From: Haliotis rubra | Taxonomy: Eukaryota | Length of the DNA stretch: 64,000 nucleotides | Assembly (NCBI RefSeq): GCF_003918875.1 | Contig: NW_025764968.1 | Span: 62,001-126,000 of the forward strand | Reading direction: 5' to 3' | Shown here: one piece after another, positions 12,155 through 24,702 of the stretch | Numbering within the stretch: position 1 is the first letter of the stretch | Layout of the letters: every line of letters begins with the position of its first letter | Made by a program: the position numbers and the translations under genes | Notes under the pieces: generated by a model | The model's database searches: none | Seen by the model: only the letters and a program-made list of their open reading frames with translations | Told to the model about the DNA's origin: nothing

Positions 12155-13605
12155 CCTTGATGATCAATACTTGTGAATCTGATTTGCTGGTGGATTTTAC
12201 TGCTGATGCTTTAGACATAGGCACAGGTGGGATATCATTAACCAGGTGAGCTATAAATTTCTATTTGTGCTTGTTACCCAGAGCATGTGAGTGTATATTT
12301 GTATTGATAATGGCAGTATGTGATTGCATTTGCTTGGTACTTGTTAGAATTCTGAAATAACACACAAAACCTCTCTCATGTTTGCTTGAACATTCATAGT
12401 CCTAAGTCTGAACTAAACTTAATGACTCATTATCGTTAAATGTGTTTCACATCATAAATAAGCAGAATGTAATGGAAGGCATACAGTCACATATTGATTA
12501 TAGGTGTGGTTGGGAATAACAGGAAATGGACTCAGGTTTACATACTGATGTCATCTATAACGAGGGGGATTATGATCAAACAACCTTAATATAAGTAAAT
12601 ACTACAAATGGGATGATGATGGAAACGGGCTGAGTCTGTTCTGTACACATAATGGTTAAATGCTGATGTGAAATTGTTTATATACATAAAGACAAAAGTA
12701 AAGCACCCCTAGTATTTTTTCAGAAGTTTTATGAACTGGCTACAATTGAGTTTTTTTTTTAAGAAGCAATGTTTAAAAACGTTCGTAATTTAAGCATGAC
12801 TTTGCAAAACAACTGATTTTGTGATAGGAAAGTATACCCTTCACAAGTATGGTCCTGCAAAGAAAAACAGACAACAAAGTGTGTTAAATTAGTCTGAAAA
12901 GTGTACTTTCACCCATTTGCTTCACAACTGAACTGTTTAAAGTCAATATCTTGTGTATCCACCTTGTGCACTGATGACATCTTCCATCGTGTGTTGCATA
13001 CCACCAGTATACCTCCTTATGTCTTGTATGGTCACATTCCCCATTCCTGGTGTAAGGCAGCTTCCAACTGTTGAATCATTTGCAAAGGAGGATCATAGGG
13101 TTGTACTCGACGACCAATGAGGTCTCAAATGTGCTCCAAATGGTTGATGTGAGGACTCATGGCAGGCCATGATAACCTCAGTCCACAGCATTGGTCTCAA
13201 GAAAAGCTGTCACAGCACGAGCTCGGTGAGGTCTAACGTTGTCATCCATAGAGAACAGTCTCATTGCAAGGGGATGGTTGTCGATATGAGGCACAACAAC
13301 TGGATCAAGCACCTCCTGCTTGTAGCAATCGCCTGTTAGGTGACCACAAATTGTCACCAAATCTAGTCATGTGACAAACAACCCCAGATCATAATCGAAC
13401 CACCACCACCAAAAACAACTGTTGGCAGGATGTTCCTATGTGCCAATGCTGTATTTAGCCGCGGCCATACTCTCACCCAACCATCAGTAACATGCAGTAA
13501 AAATCTGCATTCATCCGACCAATGAACCTTGCACCATGTCCTTAGATTTTACCCTCTATGCGCAAAGCACCATGCTAATCTGAGTCTCTTGTGGTGATCT
13601 TGCAG

Positions 13606-13913
13606 TAGGGGTGAAACGGTGTTCGTAGAACCGACTACTCAGTAGAACCGAAGTACGCTGCCATCAGTTCGAGTATGCCTTAGTACAATAAAAAAAATTG
13701 GTATTTTTCGTTTTCGGACCGTCATTTTATGAACCTTTTAAAACCTTTTCTAAAATGTCTAAAAATCGAATCATATTGTCAAAATCTATCTAGGTTTGGC
13801 TCTTGTCAATTTTCTGCATTATCATCATATCTCATATACCCAACTGAAATGGACCGAACCGAAGCTTTGTACCGCAATATGTACCGTGGTAAGAGCATAC
13901 CGTTTCAACCCTA
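13606..13913. mobile_element. hAT-like MITE nested in the Tc1 transposase
   Basis: TIRs TAGGGGTGAAACGGT / ACCGTTTCAACCCTA; perfect 8-bp TSD TCTTGCAG (13598-13605, 13914-13921). Confidence 0.88.
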
Positions 13914-14319
13914 TCTTGCAGTAAGGACCTTGTGATAGGTCATCTGGATCTCAATCCAGCACGTCTCAGGTGATTTCGAACAGTCATGGATGACAAACGA
14001 CGGTTGGGTAAACAGATACCCTTTAAAACTGTACTTGAGGCAAATGGATTAAGTCTTACCAATGCTCTGTCCTCGCGCTTATTAGTCTTAGACGGTCTCC
14101 TGGGTCGTGGTCTGTCCTTCACATGGATTGTTTGCAGGAATTTCCTCACCAAACGGCTGATTGCAGTGAAGTGAATGTTCATTTCACGCCCTATTGCTTT
14201 GTGAGACAAACCAGCATTACGCATTCCAGTCACTTGCCAACTTTGTGCTTCTGTCATCCTTCTTCGAGCCATGGTCTCATAGAAATAATGTACACATGAA
14301 AACACAAAGTGGAACCTCA

Positions 14320-14513
14320 AATCATTTGGCTACAGATCTTACCAGAACATGGCATCGGTCAATTGGAATTCCCTCCCTGATGAACTTAAGCTGTCTCCAA
14401 CCCTTGAAAACTTTAAGCGTCTACAAAAAGTTCTATGGACTTCAATAATGCCTTATTGATTGTTAGTGCTATGAACATACCTAGTGTGGAGTTTGGCGCT
14501 ATATAAATGGACA

Positions 14514-14544
<31 letters not shown>

Positions 14545-14546
14545 TA
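14320..14546 (+). mobile_element. L2/CR1-type LINE 3' end with (ATT)n tail, nested in the Tc1
   Basis: WNSLPDELKLSPTLENFKRL, then GCGCTATATAAAT and (ATT)n. Confidence 0.7.
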
Positions 14547-15249
14547 TTAAAACTTTCAGAATAAATACTGATTTCTGGCATGTGCGCATACTGCATTTTG
14601 AGAAAATCATGCATTGCTTTCTTGCGATCACTCTCCGGATGTTTTTGAGCGACAAACCTGACTAACTGTCACAGAATCCTATAGCAATCGTACCATTTTA
14701 GACACAACATGAACCTTACAGCACTATTATTTACCATTGCAAACCTTTTGTCAGTTACAAAAGGGGGTGCTTAACTTTTTTCCTTATGTATACATATCAT
14801 GCACATGCTTTTGAGGAATGTTTTTGTGTTTTCTAATTTTTGCCTTTATAATTCAGATTATGTTTCAGTTGAGGACAGGGTTTGTCTTTTGAGCTGTCAA
14901 CTGTGACCTGTCCAATATTTCTATCTGAAACTTTGAAAGCCCATCAAGTTCAAATGAGGGAAAATGTTCTTTCTTTTGCCAAACACATGCCTGCTTGCTT
15001 ACTTATCACATGTTTAATCTGGAGTGTCTGTGAAATATCTTGAAGATATATCTTTCAAGAAGCATTTTGAGGATAATGTATTAATGACATTTTTCTGTTA
15101 TTGTAGAAAAATGTCTTTTATGAATTGGATTGCAATTCAGTATCCTATAAAATATTCTTTTCTTTTCAGTAATACACTGAATATATACAACATAGTTCAC
15201 TTGTACTCTATTTATAAAAATACAACAAGACTATTGTACCTAGTTTCTT

Positions 15250-15629
15250 GGTCATTCTGTCATCCTATCTCACCATCCCATAATCTTTCTACCATCCTAG
15301 CTCACCATCCCTTCATCATTCTGTCATCCTATCTCACCATTCCTTCATCATTCTGTCATCCTATCTCACCATCCCTTCATCATTCTGTCATCCTATCTCA
15401 CCATTCCATCATCATTCTGTCATCCTATCTCACCATCCCATCATCATTCTGTCATCCTAGCTCACCATCCTTCATCATTCTGTCATCCTATCTCACCATT
15501 CCTTCATCATTCTGTCATCCTATCTCACCATCCCTTCATCATTCTGTCATCCTATCTCACCATCCCCTCATCTTTCTACCATCCTAGCTCACCATTCCAT
15601 CATTCTAACATTCTATGTCAACATCCCAT
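15250..15629. repeat. CATC-rich satellite (continues at 20605-21100 after the Gypsy insertion)
   Basis: TCATCATTCTGTCATCCTATCTCACCATCC units. Confidence 0.9.
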
Positions 15630-18600
15630 TGTTGCATAATGAATACTCCCTAAGAGTCTGTACACAATGACTGGTCCATGGGCAACGTGCGTCTGTGTAG
15701 GCCAAAACCAACATGGAGTAAAGTGTTCGTCTCCCACCACAGTTTCATGTTTTCTGAGTCTTCCTAGGACATCTCCAGACATGACATATAACTTAACATG
15801 GTGTCAGAAGTGAGTACGCCTGACAAACTTTACAAATTGTTGTGCATTACTGACTGAATATCTTTTGATTGAAAGAGCCGAGACGCATGTGGTTCAGTGT
15901 CACCTAAATTCGATAGTGGAGAGCATGCGATGTTTTGTGTGACAATATTGAATCTGTGACTAACGGAGTTTCTGTGAATCGGATTATATTGCTAGTCGTG
16001 AGTAATATATGGATAAGCGAAACTACTGCTACTACTACTCAATCATGGCTGATGAAAGTGGAAATATTCCTTCACCTCAAGTGAATCATGTACCTATGAA
16101 CATTCCTTTGCCTCCTAAGCTTGATCTGAAGGGTGATTTGACGAGAAATTTCATAAAGTTCAAATGAATGTGGGGAAACTATGAGCTTGCTTCTCGAACA
16201 AAGACAGATTCTGATGAAGGCAGATCAGCTACACTGTTAACTTGTATTGGTTCTGAAACTCTAGACATATTGGATGGGTTGCAGTTCGACAGTGAAAATG
16301 ATAGGAGGAAAGTCGAGAAAATATTGGACAAACTAGAAGCTTACTGCATTGGCGAGACCAATGAAACATGGGAACGGTTCAATTTCAACAAGCGGAATCA
16401 AGAACACTTTGAATCTGTTGATACTTATGTAGCAACACTTAGAACTCTAGCTAAAACATGCAATTATGGAACACTTGAAGATAGTCTCATCAGGGATCGA
16501 ATGGTGATGGGCATTTGTGATAACTCCACTCGCAAGAGGCTGCTGCAGTCTTCGAACCTATCACTGAAAGATTGTATTGACATCTGTAGGTCCCATGAGA
16601 GAGCAGCTGCTAGACTAAAATCTCTATCAAACACTGAGGATGTGCAAGCTATCAGTAAAACTAGAGGTTACAAAAAACCCAAAGGAAAGGAAACTAAACC
16701 TGGATTGACTACCAGAAGTGATCAGTCTCTACAGTGCAAATTTTGTGGACGCAGTCATGTGTTCAACAGGAAGGAATGTCCAGCATGGGGAAGAATTTGC
16801 AACAAATGTAAACGACCAAATCATTTTGCTTATGTGTGCCAGTCGAGTCAAGCCAATGTTCAACTACTGAGTGATGAGGATACTGAGGATGAATATATTT
16901 TATCAGTGGATGTTGAAAATGTGAACAGTGTTCAATTACACGGTGAAAGTCAACAGTATTTACGGAAGATTTTTGCTGTCCTCCTCATCAAGGAAACTGA
17001 GGTCAAATTTCAGTTAGATTGTGGATCTACTGTCAATGTGTTGCCAGAGACTATCTACGCTAATGTGTTTCAGGATCCCCACCTGGAAAAGTTGGAAACA
17101 CAGGTCAATACTACTCTTCGAATGTACAATGGAGTGAAATCTCAAACTGTTGGCAAGTGTGAAGTGACTGTCAAAAATCCCAGGAATGAGGGTGAATACA
17201 CCATTGCATTCTTGATAACGAGGGACAGAGGCTCACCACCAATACTTGGTGCAATAGCTGTTCAACAAATGCAGCTAATCACTGTGAACTTTGAGAACAT
17301 TTTCCAGATCTCAGGTAGTGGAGATGTTTCTACAGAGTTAGCAAGATTGGATCTGACGGACATAATCCATCGTTACAAGGATGTATTTGAGGGAGAGGGC
17401 ACACTTGATGGTTTGTTGCGTTTTGAAGTAGATGAGACTGTGACACCAGTCCAGCTACCATGTCGTAAGGTTCCATTTGCCTTACAACAGAAACTCAAGG
17501 CTGAACTTGAAAGACTGGCTGATCTGAAGATCATCACCCCTGTGAATGTTCCTACTGACTGGATCTCTGCCCTACTTGTTGTGGTCAAGAAACAGGGTAC
17601 TGACAAGATAAGGATTTGCATAGATCCTAAACCACTGAATCAAGCTCTCAAGAGGAATCATTATCCAATAAAGACAATTGATGACATTCTGCCGGAATTA
17701 TCAAATGCTAAGTGCTTTACTTTAGCAGATGCTAAAAATGGATTTTGGCATATCCAACTGGAGGAGAAAAGCAGTTTCTTGACAACATTTGAAACACCTT
17801 GGGGCCGTTACCGTTGGCTACGAATGCCATTCGGGTTGTCACCAGCACCTGAGGAGTTTCAGCGCCGTTTGAATGAGGCAATATGTGGCTTGGATGGAGT
17901 ACGTGCTGTACATGATGATGTTCTGATCTATGGTGTTGGAGACACTTATGAAGTGGCTGAAGCTGATCATGATGAGAAGTTGTCCAAGTTCCTTGATCGA
18001 TGCAGAAACAGAACTATCAAATTGAACAGATCCAAACTGAAACTGACCGAGGTGCCTTATCTGGGACATGTCGTAACCTCGGATGGATTAAAGATTGATC
18101 ACATGAAAGTTGAAGCAATCACAAACATGCCCACACCAACGGATAAGCAGGGTATTAAGCGCATTTTAGGGATGGTGAACTTTGTTCAGAAATTTGTACC
18201 CAACTTGTCTGAAGTGACTGCACCTCTGAGGGATCTGTTGAAAAGTGATGTGAACTTCAGGTGGGATGAGCAAGTTCATGGCAAGTGTTTGGAAAAAAAT
18301 CAAACATATTCTGTCTGAACCACCTGTACTGAAGTACTTTGACAATGACGCTGAGACAAGCCTTCAGTGTGATGCATCACAAAATGGACTGGGTGTTTGT
18401 CTGATCCAAAATGGTCAGCCTGTAGCATATGCATCTCGATCTTTGACCAGCACTGAGAAACAATATGCTCAGATAGAGAAAGAAATGTTGGCGATTGTCT
18501 TCGGGCATGGAACGATTTGAACAGTATGTCTATGGATGGAAGGTCGTCGTGGAATCGGACCACAAGCCATTGGAGTCAATACTGCGCAAAAGTCTGTTGT

Positions 18601-20604
18601 GTGCTCCGAAGCGTCCCCAACGCATGATGTTACGACTTCAGAAGTACGATTTTGAGGTCATCTACAAGAGGGGATCTCAAATGTTCTTTGCTGACACTCT
18701 GAGTAGAGCATATCTTCCACATGTGAAACATACTGAGACTGATGACGGAGATGTGTTTGCTGTTGATGTTCGATGTCAGATAGCGCTTGACGTTGAATCC
18801 ATCAACATGGTTGAGTATGTGCCAATATCTGAGGAACGAATTGACCAGTTACAAAAAAGCAGCTGTGGAAGACAAATCAATGACGATACTGAAGGATCTG
18901 ATTCAGGACGGCTGGCCAACGTCGTCAGATGATGTGCCATGGTGTGCCAGGGTCTTTTTCCCCTTTTGCGATGAGCTCTCTGTTCAAAACAGCATAGTGT
19001 TCAAGGGTGAACGTGTTGTTGTGCCAGTCAGTATCCGCCCTGGCATCATGGAAAGAATTCACTACAGTCACTTGGGGATACAAGGTTGTATCAGAAGAGC
19101 CAGAGAGTCTGTGTATTGGCCCAATATGGCCGCTGACCTCGCAGATTTCATCAGCAAGTGTGATACTTGCAATACGCTGCAACAGGATCAAAGTCGAGAG
19201 CCATTGGTCAGTCATGAAATACCTAGTCGTCCATGGGAGAAACTAGGGTGTGTTCTTTTTTAGTTTGATCAAAAAGATGTTTTGATCACTGTTGACTACT
19301 ACTCGGACTATTTTGAGGTTGACAGACTGCATGATAAAAGGGCACCTGAAATCATTAAAAAGTTGAAATCCCATTTGGCGAGGCATGGACTTCCCAATCA
19401 GATTGTGTCAGACAATGGACCTCCCTTTCATTCTGAAGCTTTCCATACATTTGCAACAGAGTATGAGTTTGATCATATCACTTCATCACCCAGGTACCCA
19501 CAGTCGAATGGGAAAGTGGAGAGTGCTGTGAAGATCGTCAAGAGACTCATGAGTAAGTCTCAGCATGCACAGTCAGACCCCTTTCTGGCCCTATTGGACT
19601 TAAGAAATGTGCCGACTGGACGGTGTAGGCAGCTCGCCAGTTCAAAGGTTGTTTGGGGCAGAGCGAGAACGGCTACCAACGTCAAGTCGATTGCTGCAGC
19701 CAAAACTATTGAAAACGCCCCTGCCGCACTTTCCAGCAAGAGGTCCAAACAAGCTTACTACTACAATCGTGGTGCAGCTGAACTGTCAGAACTGAGAGAT
19801 GGAGATGTAGTTCGGGTGAAGCCATTCAGTCGTGACAAAAAGAAATGGAAGAAAGCTGTCAGAGAGAACAGCAAGTGGATGTAATGATCGTATGACATGC
19901 GTACAGAAGATGGAAGATCTCTTGAGGAGAAATAGACGCCATCTAAGAAAATCTCAAGAGGCTGCCCCTGAGACTAAAGATGTCGAACTGGATTTGGAAG
20001 AGCAGAGAATGGATGAAAGGTCAATGAAAGAGTTTCAGTCAACTGTGAACTCTCACGGTAACACTCCTGTGAAAACCCCTGTGAAAACTCCTGTGAAAAT
20101 TTTGAAAACTCCTGTAGACTTTGATGTGAACACTCCTGTGAACACTCCTAGGATCATGGACAGTTCTGTTCATGGCACAGCACCTGGTCATGAGATCAGA
20201 ACGAGGAGAGGCAGGGTGCTCAGACCACCACCCGGATACAGGGACTTTGTGCCTTAAAAAGAAAAAAAGGGAGGAAGATATGACGTGTGGTCCTGCTTAT
20301 CAGCAAAGACTTTTAATTTCTCAAGAAAGAGAGATAGACTTTAATTTGTTCATTTTAACTTGTTTAGCATTTGTTTAAATTGTTTGCTGGGATAGTGTGT
20401 TAATTGCTATCTTTACTTTTCTAAAGAAAGGGAGATGTTGCATAATGATTACTCCCTAATAGTCTGTACACAATGACTGGTCCATGGGCAACGTGCGTCT
20501 GTGTAGGCCAAAATTAACATGGAGTAAAGTGTTCGTCTCCCACCACAGTTTCATGTTATCTGAGTCTTCCTAGGACATCTCCAGACATGACATATAACTT
20601 AACA
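15630..20604 (+). mobile_element. Full-length Ty3/Gypsy LTR retrotransposon (Mag-like), inactivated
   Basis: 169-bp LTRs (15630-15798, 20436-20604), TG..CA, 5 mismatches. 5-bp TSD CCCAT. PBS TGGTGTCAGAAGTG (tRNA-Leu type). PPT AAAGAAAGGGAGA. Order gag-PR-RT-RH-INT. Confidence 0.97.
16045..20257 (+). pseudogene. Gypsy gag-pol polyprotein with premature stops and frameshifts
   Basis: ATG at 16045; in-frame TGA at 16165. Two Zn knuckles (CKFCGRSH..C, CNKCKRPNHFAYVC), protease LDCGS, RT RMPFGL..VHDD, RNase H CDAS/DHKPL, integrase H..H..CDTC, VDYYS, SDNGP, SNGKVE. Frameshifts at ~18300, 18500, 18860, 19615; TAG at 19261. Confidence 0.92.
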
Positions 20605-21345
20605 CCCATCATCTTTCTACCATCCTATTACATGATTCCATCAGCATTCTGCTCCATTCTACAATCTTTTCTCACCATCCAATCAATGTACCATTCTATC
20701 CCATCACCCCACCATCATATTACATCTAATCGCACCATCCCACCATCAGTCTACCATCCTATCTCACCATCCCACTATCATTCTACCATCCTATCCCACT
20801 ATCATTCTACCATCCTATATCACCATCTTTCTACCATCCTATCACTCATCATCATCATTCTACCATCCTACCTCACCATCCCATTATTCTACTATCCTAC
20901 CTCACCATCCCATCATTCTACCATTCTATATCACATCCCAGCAGTATCCTACCATCCCCACATCATTCTACCATCCAATCTCACCATCCCATCATCATTC
21001 TACCATCCAATCTCACCATCCCATCATCATTCTACTATCCAATCTCACCATCACATCATTATTCTACCATCTTATACCACCATTCCACCATCATTGTAAC
21101 ATGTCCATTGAAAGCTTTGCTGGTGTTACCATTGGCAGAATGGATTGTCTGGTCAGGCTTTGTGACCAGGTTGATAGTGAGTAATTATACCTCACAGTAG
21201 CCATCCTGACTCTGCCTCATCAACAGCTCTTAACTCTGTTGACATGTCCCGGTATTCACCATTATTATTATTATATGTAAGGAGCTTTCAGTGGGCACCG
21301 CATGTCATCACAGTTTGTTGACAGGAGGTGGAAATGAAGCCACTA

Positions 21346-21982
21346 ATTCTAGGGCTACACTATGTTCCGGGCATTCCAGGCATGTGTGTTCTCCGGCATC
21401 TCACGGCCCTTTCAAGTTTTGCCATGTTCGGCCTTGTTTGTTTGGCATTTTGGCATAGTTGTTTCACCCTTGCCTCCCAATTTGACCCGGTTCTCACAGG
21501 AAGCTAGAGTGTGCGGTAGCCGATTCATCCCGTTCCATCACGACGCATCCAGGCGTATGACCGTTTACAGGGCCAGCGAGATACGGCCTGTTGCGTTCTC
21601 TGGCTTTCCCTGATCACTGCAGCTGATGCTGGCCTTCTTGCTGACGCAAGGACTTGATGTACGCCCCCAGCAAACATACATACACAAAATCTTCTTCATG
21701 CTGCTCTTGTGTCTCAGGATACAATGGCTGCCATTGCTTGGAAGGCCTTATTTTCATACCATGGGCACAAACCTGCTCCAAAGCCGGCGTCTATGTTTCA
21801 TCTGTAGAAAGCCCGTTTTTCCCAACAGTCCATCACGGATACCGTGATAGACCGTGAGCAAACTTAACTGGACCAAGCAAAACTTCACTTTGGATGGAAA
21901 AAATGACTCAAATCCCTTGGCGCACTATGTTTCAGGGAAACGGGTCTGCCATGGCCACTGGAACAAAGTGTAACCCCAGCAT
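21346..21982. mobile_element. Unclassified non-autonomous TIR element
   Basis: TIRs ATTCTAGGGCTACACTATGTTCC / GGAACAAAGTGTAACCCCAGCAT with TA on both sides; empty site CCACTTAGCT in other units. Confidence 0.7.
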
Positions 21983-23224
21983 TAGCTCTTTGTGCCATAT
22001 AATGGAGCATGTCATACTGATGGAGAAATTATACACATCAAGATTGTTAGGTGATGATTTCCACAATTCTATGTGTGCAGAACTCTGCAAAAGACCGGAG
22101 AGGATCAATGAACAATCAATACATTTAATTTAAACACAGACATTTAGACTTACAACATACAGAGTTAAAATACATTGGGTAAAATAACTGACATCAGCAA
22201 TAAGTAACAGGCACTGTGATTTTTCTAAGTGCACTCACGACTGTCCAGTATTTGGTCACTACCAAATGTCATGTAACAGGCATCTGCCTGTTCTTGTCTC
22301 CACTGTAGTGTATGAAGCTGGCACTGATTTAATGTGTTTCCAGACACGTATCACATGTTTGTGATGTTAGGAAATGTCCTTCAAATCCAATGATAGTTGA
22401 ATTGCCAATGGGTGCAAAACTATCTAATTGCAAAATCCATATGTAGAACATCCCTGATATATCAGTAAATTAAGTAAATATATCAGTAAACATGACACTA
22501 ATATATAACATCTGAAGATATTCAAACAGTTATTCTATGATGAAAATAAGTGCTAATGATAAGTATGCAATAAAGCTTATTTTCTAACTAGAATTATGTA
22601 AAACAAACATGTGCTCGTGCAAACCATAACTATTTACATTTTCAAGTGCCATTATGCAACATATGGTTGCTTGCAGACAGTGTTGAGATCTTGATAAATC
22701 CAATATTATTGCCTTCATATGACATGGATATAACTTGATATATCAAACTTAATTACTTGCTTGAACAATGTCAATAACTTCATATGACAACATGTAAATG
22801 TCATATAACATGGAAAACTAATTCCATTTAAAACCATCATCTACAACACGAAATGTCATGTCAGTTCTACCAAAGCTCAAGAGTTAAAAAACACATCCAA
22901 ACTTCAATCTTTTTTTCCCTCTGAGTCAAATTGTAGCTAAATCTGCTAACAGTCAAATTGTCAGAGGTGTTTGGGATGCCAACGAATACATGGCCATTGA
23001 CTATCAGATAGCTGGATATTCAATTCTCTCGCTCCCTGGACGACATTAGAGGATTTGATCGCCACACTCGATCCAATTGCCAAACCTGTATGTGGAACAT
23101 CTCCAGGCATATCAAGATATCCAAAACATCTCCTGATATCCAAAATGTTTTTCCTTGACACAAACAAATGCACAACATGCATGAACAACTTTCCAACTGA
23201 AATTATGCTGCACATAGATGTGAG

Positions 23225-24213
23225 TTAGGCAACAAAAACAACAGTGTTGATGATGGCGACAGATAGAAATACCACAAAAAAGGATGTTATCCATCTTCTG
23301 AGCATCCAAGTTGTGGAGTCTGCCTTTCATCTTGGACACCTCTGAGGCGTTATCCCCCTCTGTCTTGTCTGCCACAGATGAAACTCACTTGTGATCTCCC
23401 TGGTGTTGGTTGTTCCTGATCCTGAGGAGTGTGACAGCCAGGAGTGCCAGGAAGCTTTGAAGGAGGATACAGATGAGATAGATCATGATCTTTGGAACTC
23501 TAGTGGATGTCCTTGGCATGATGTCGTAGACAAAGTTGAGGAACACAGCATGCGACACAAAGATGGAAACAAGAAAGGATACTTTCTCTCCGCGGAATCG
23601 GCAGGGAGGATGAATACAAAAGCATTCATGATGGAGGTCATTCAGATTCTTTCTTTATATATGACCCATATTCATAACTGGATATTGGGAGAACATGCAA
23701 GGTGATATAATTGCGATAAGTATTGAAGATCAACTCACATTTCTGTTCATCAAAAGGAAACTGAAAGGCATCAGTCACACATATGGTCTTGAACATGTCG
23801 CTTGTGTGTGCCAAAACATGGCCATCATGTTGTCGACTCATAATGAAAGATTTGGATGAGAATAGAGACACGTCACTCACAGAATTTAATAAGTTAATTT
23901 GTGGGAGCCATACTTGATGAGGCTGAATATCAATGCTACCATTATAAAGTGACTTGTTCCAGGACAGACTAGGATCAGTCCAGTTTACTGTAATCACTCC
24001 AGTGAATGTTAGAAGTTGTTCCACAGAATTGAGGTCCAATATAGCTCCAGGTGAAAACCTAATAGTAACGTTAACCGTTGAATGTCCAGGAGGAAATGGT
24101 GGATCTTTAGCTCTTGTGTAGTTGATGGAATTCCGTATTTCAGTCAATGTCTCTCCCATCTGTAGGCATGCCACGAGATTTGTGAGAAATATCCAGGACA
24201 GATAGAAATACAT
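23225..24213 (-). pseudogene. Cys-loop receptor copy 3: 124-bp deletion after KKESE plus indels in the TM region; open ECD-only ORF 23638-24213
   Basis: Signal peptide and extracellular domain are open to ..KKESE*. The junction GAGGTCA|TTCAGA at 23640 removes loop C and most of M1. Downstream lesions relative to copy 4: +2 (~23592), -3 (~23428), +1 A (~23280). Confidence 0.85.
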
Positions 24214-24702
24214 TGTCACTGTCAACTGGCTTTGTTTCTGAACAAACGAGCAGTTAGTGTGAAGGTCAGACACTCAACTGTAGTGTCGTTGGTAATTTGG
24301 TGTTAAATGTACAAGAGTTACTGTCTTCAACTTCTCTGTGTTTGTGACCGAACCCAAGTTTTCTGTTATAGCTTCCTACAGTAGGTATGTCTCCAGTGAA
24401 ACCATCAACATAGAATCAAGATATCCTGTTTGTGACTGCTGAAAAGCATGGATATTTAACTTTATATAGAGACTGGTATAGAATGTTTGAACAAATGTAA
24501 TGTAAAAAAATATAATCAAGTCATCTTGGTTGTTAGCTCACCTGTTCCTCTAAACTTTGTGCCTCAAATAAATGACAAGAAGATTGCACCTTCTGTAAGA
24601 AAAGCCTGTTAGTCTTATTGACATTGAAATCCAGTTTTAATGTTTAGACAAAACTGAAAATGCTTTCGTGAGTATCAATTCAGCTTCCATTTCTCCAACT
24701 AA

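Larger units (their letters stand above)
12685..14788 (-). mobile_element. Tc1/mariner transposon with degenerate transposase (12943-14272)
   Basis: Imperfect TIRs (CATAA..AAAAGT.AAGCACCCC) flanked by TA; empty site visible at ~3675. HTH N-terminus MARRRMTEAQ..GMRNAGLSHKAIG, DDNVRPHRAR, WPAMSP..NHLEH, GGYTRY*. Confidence 0.9.
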
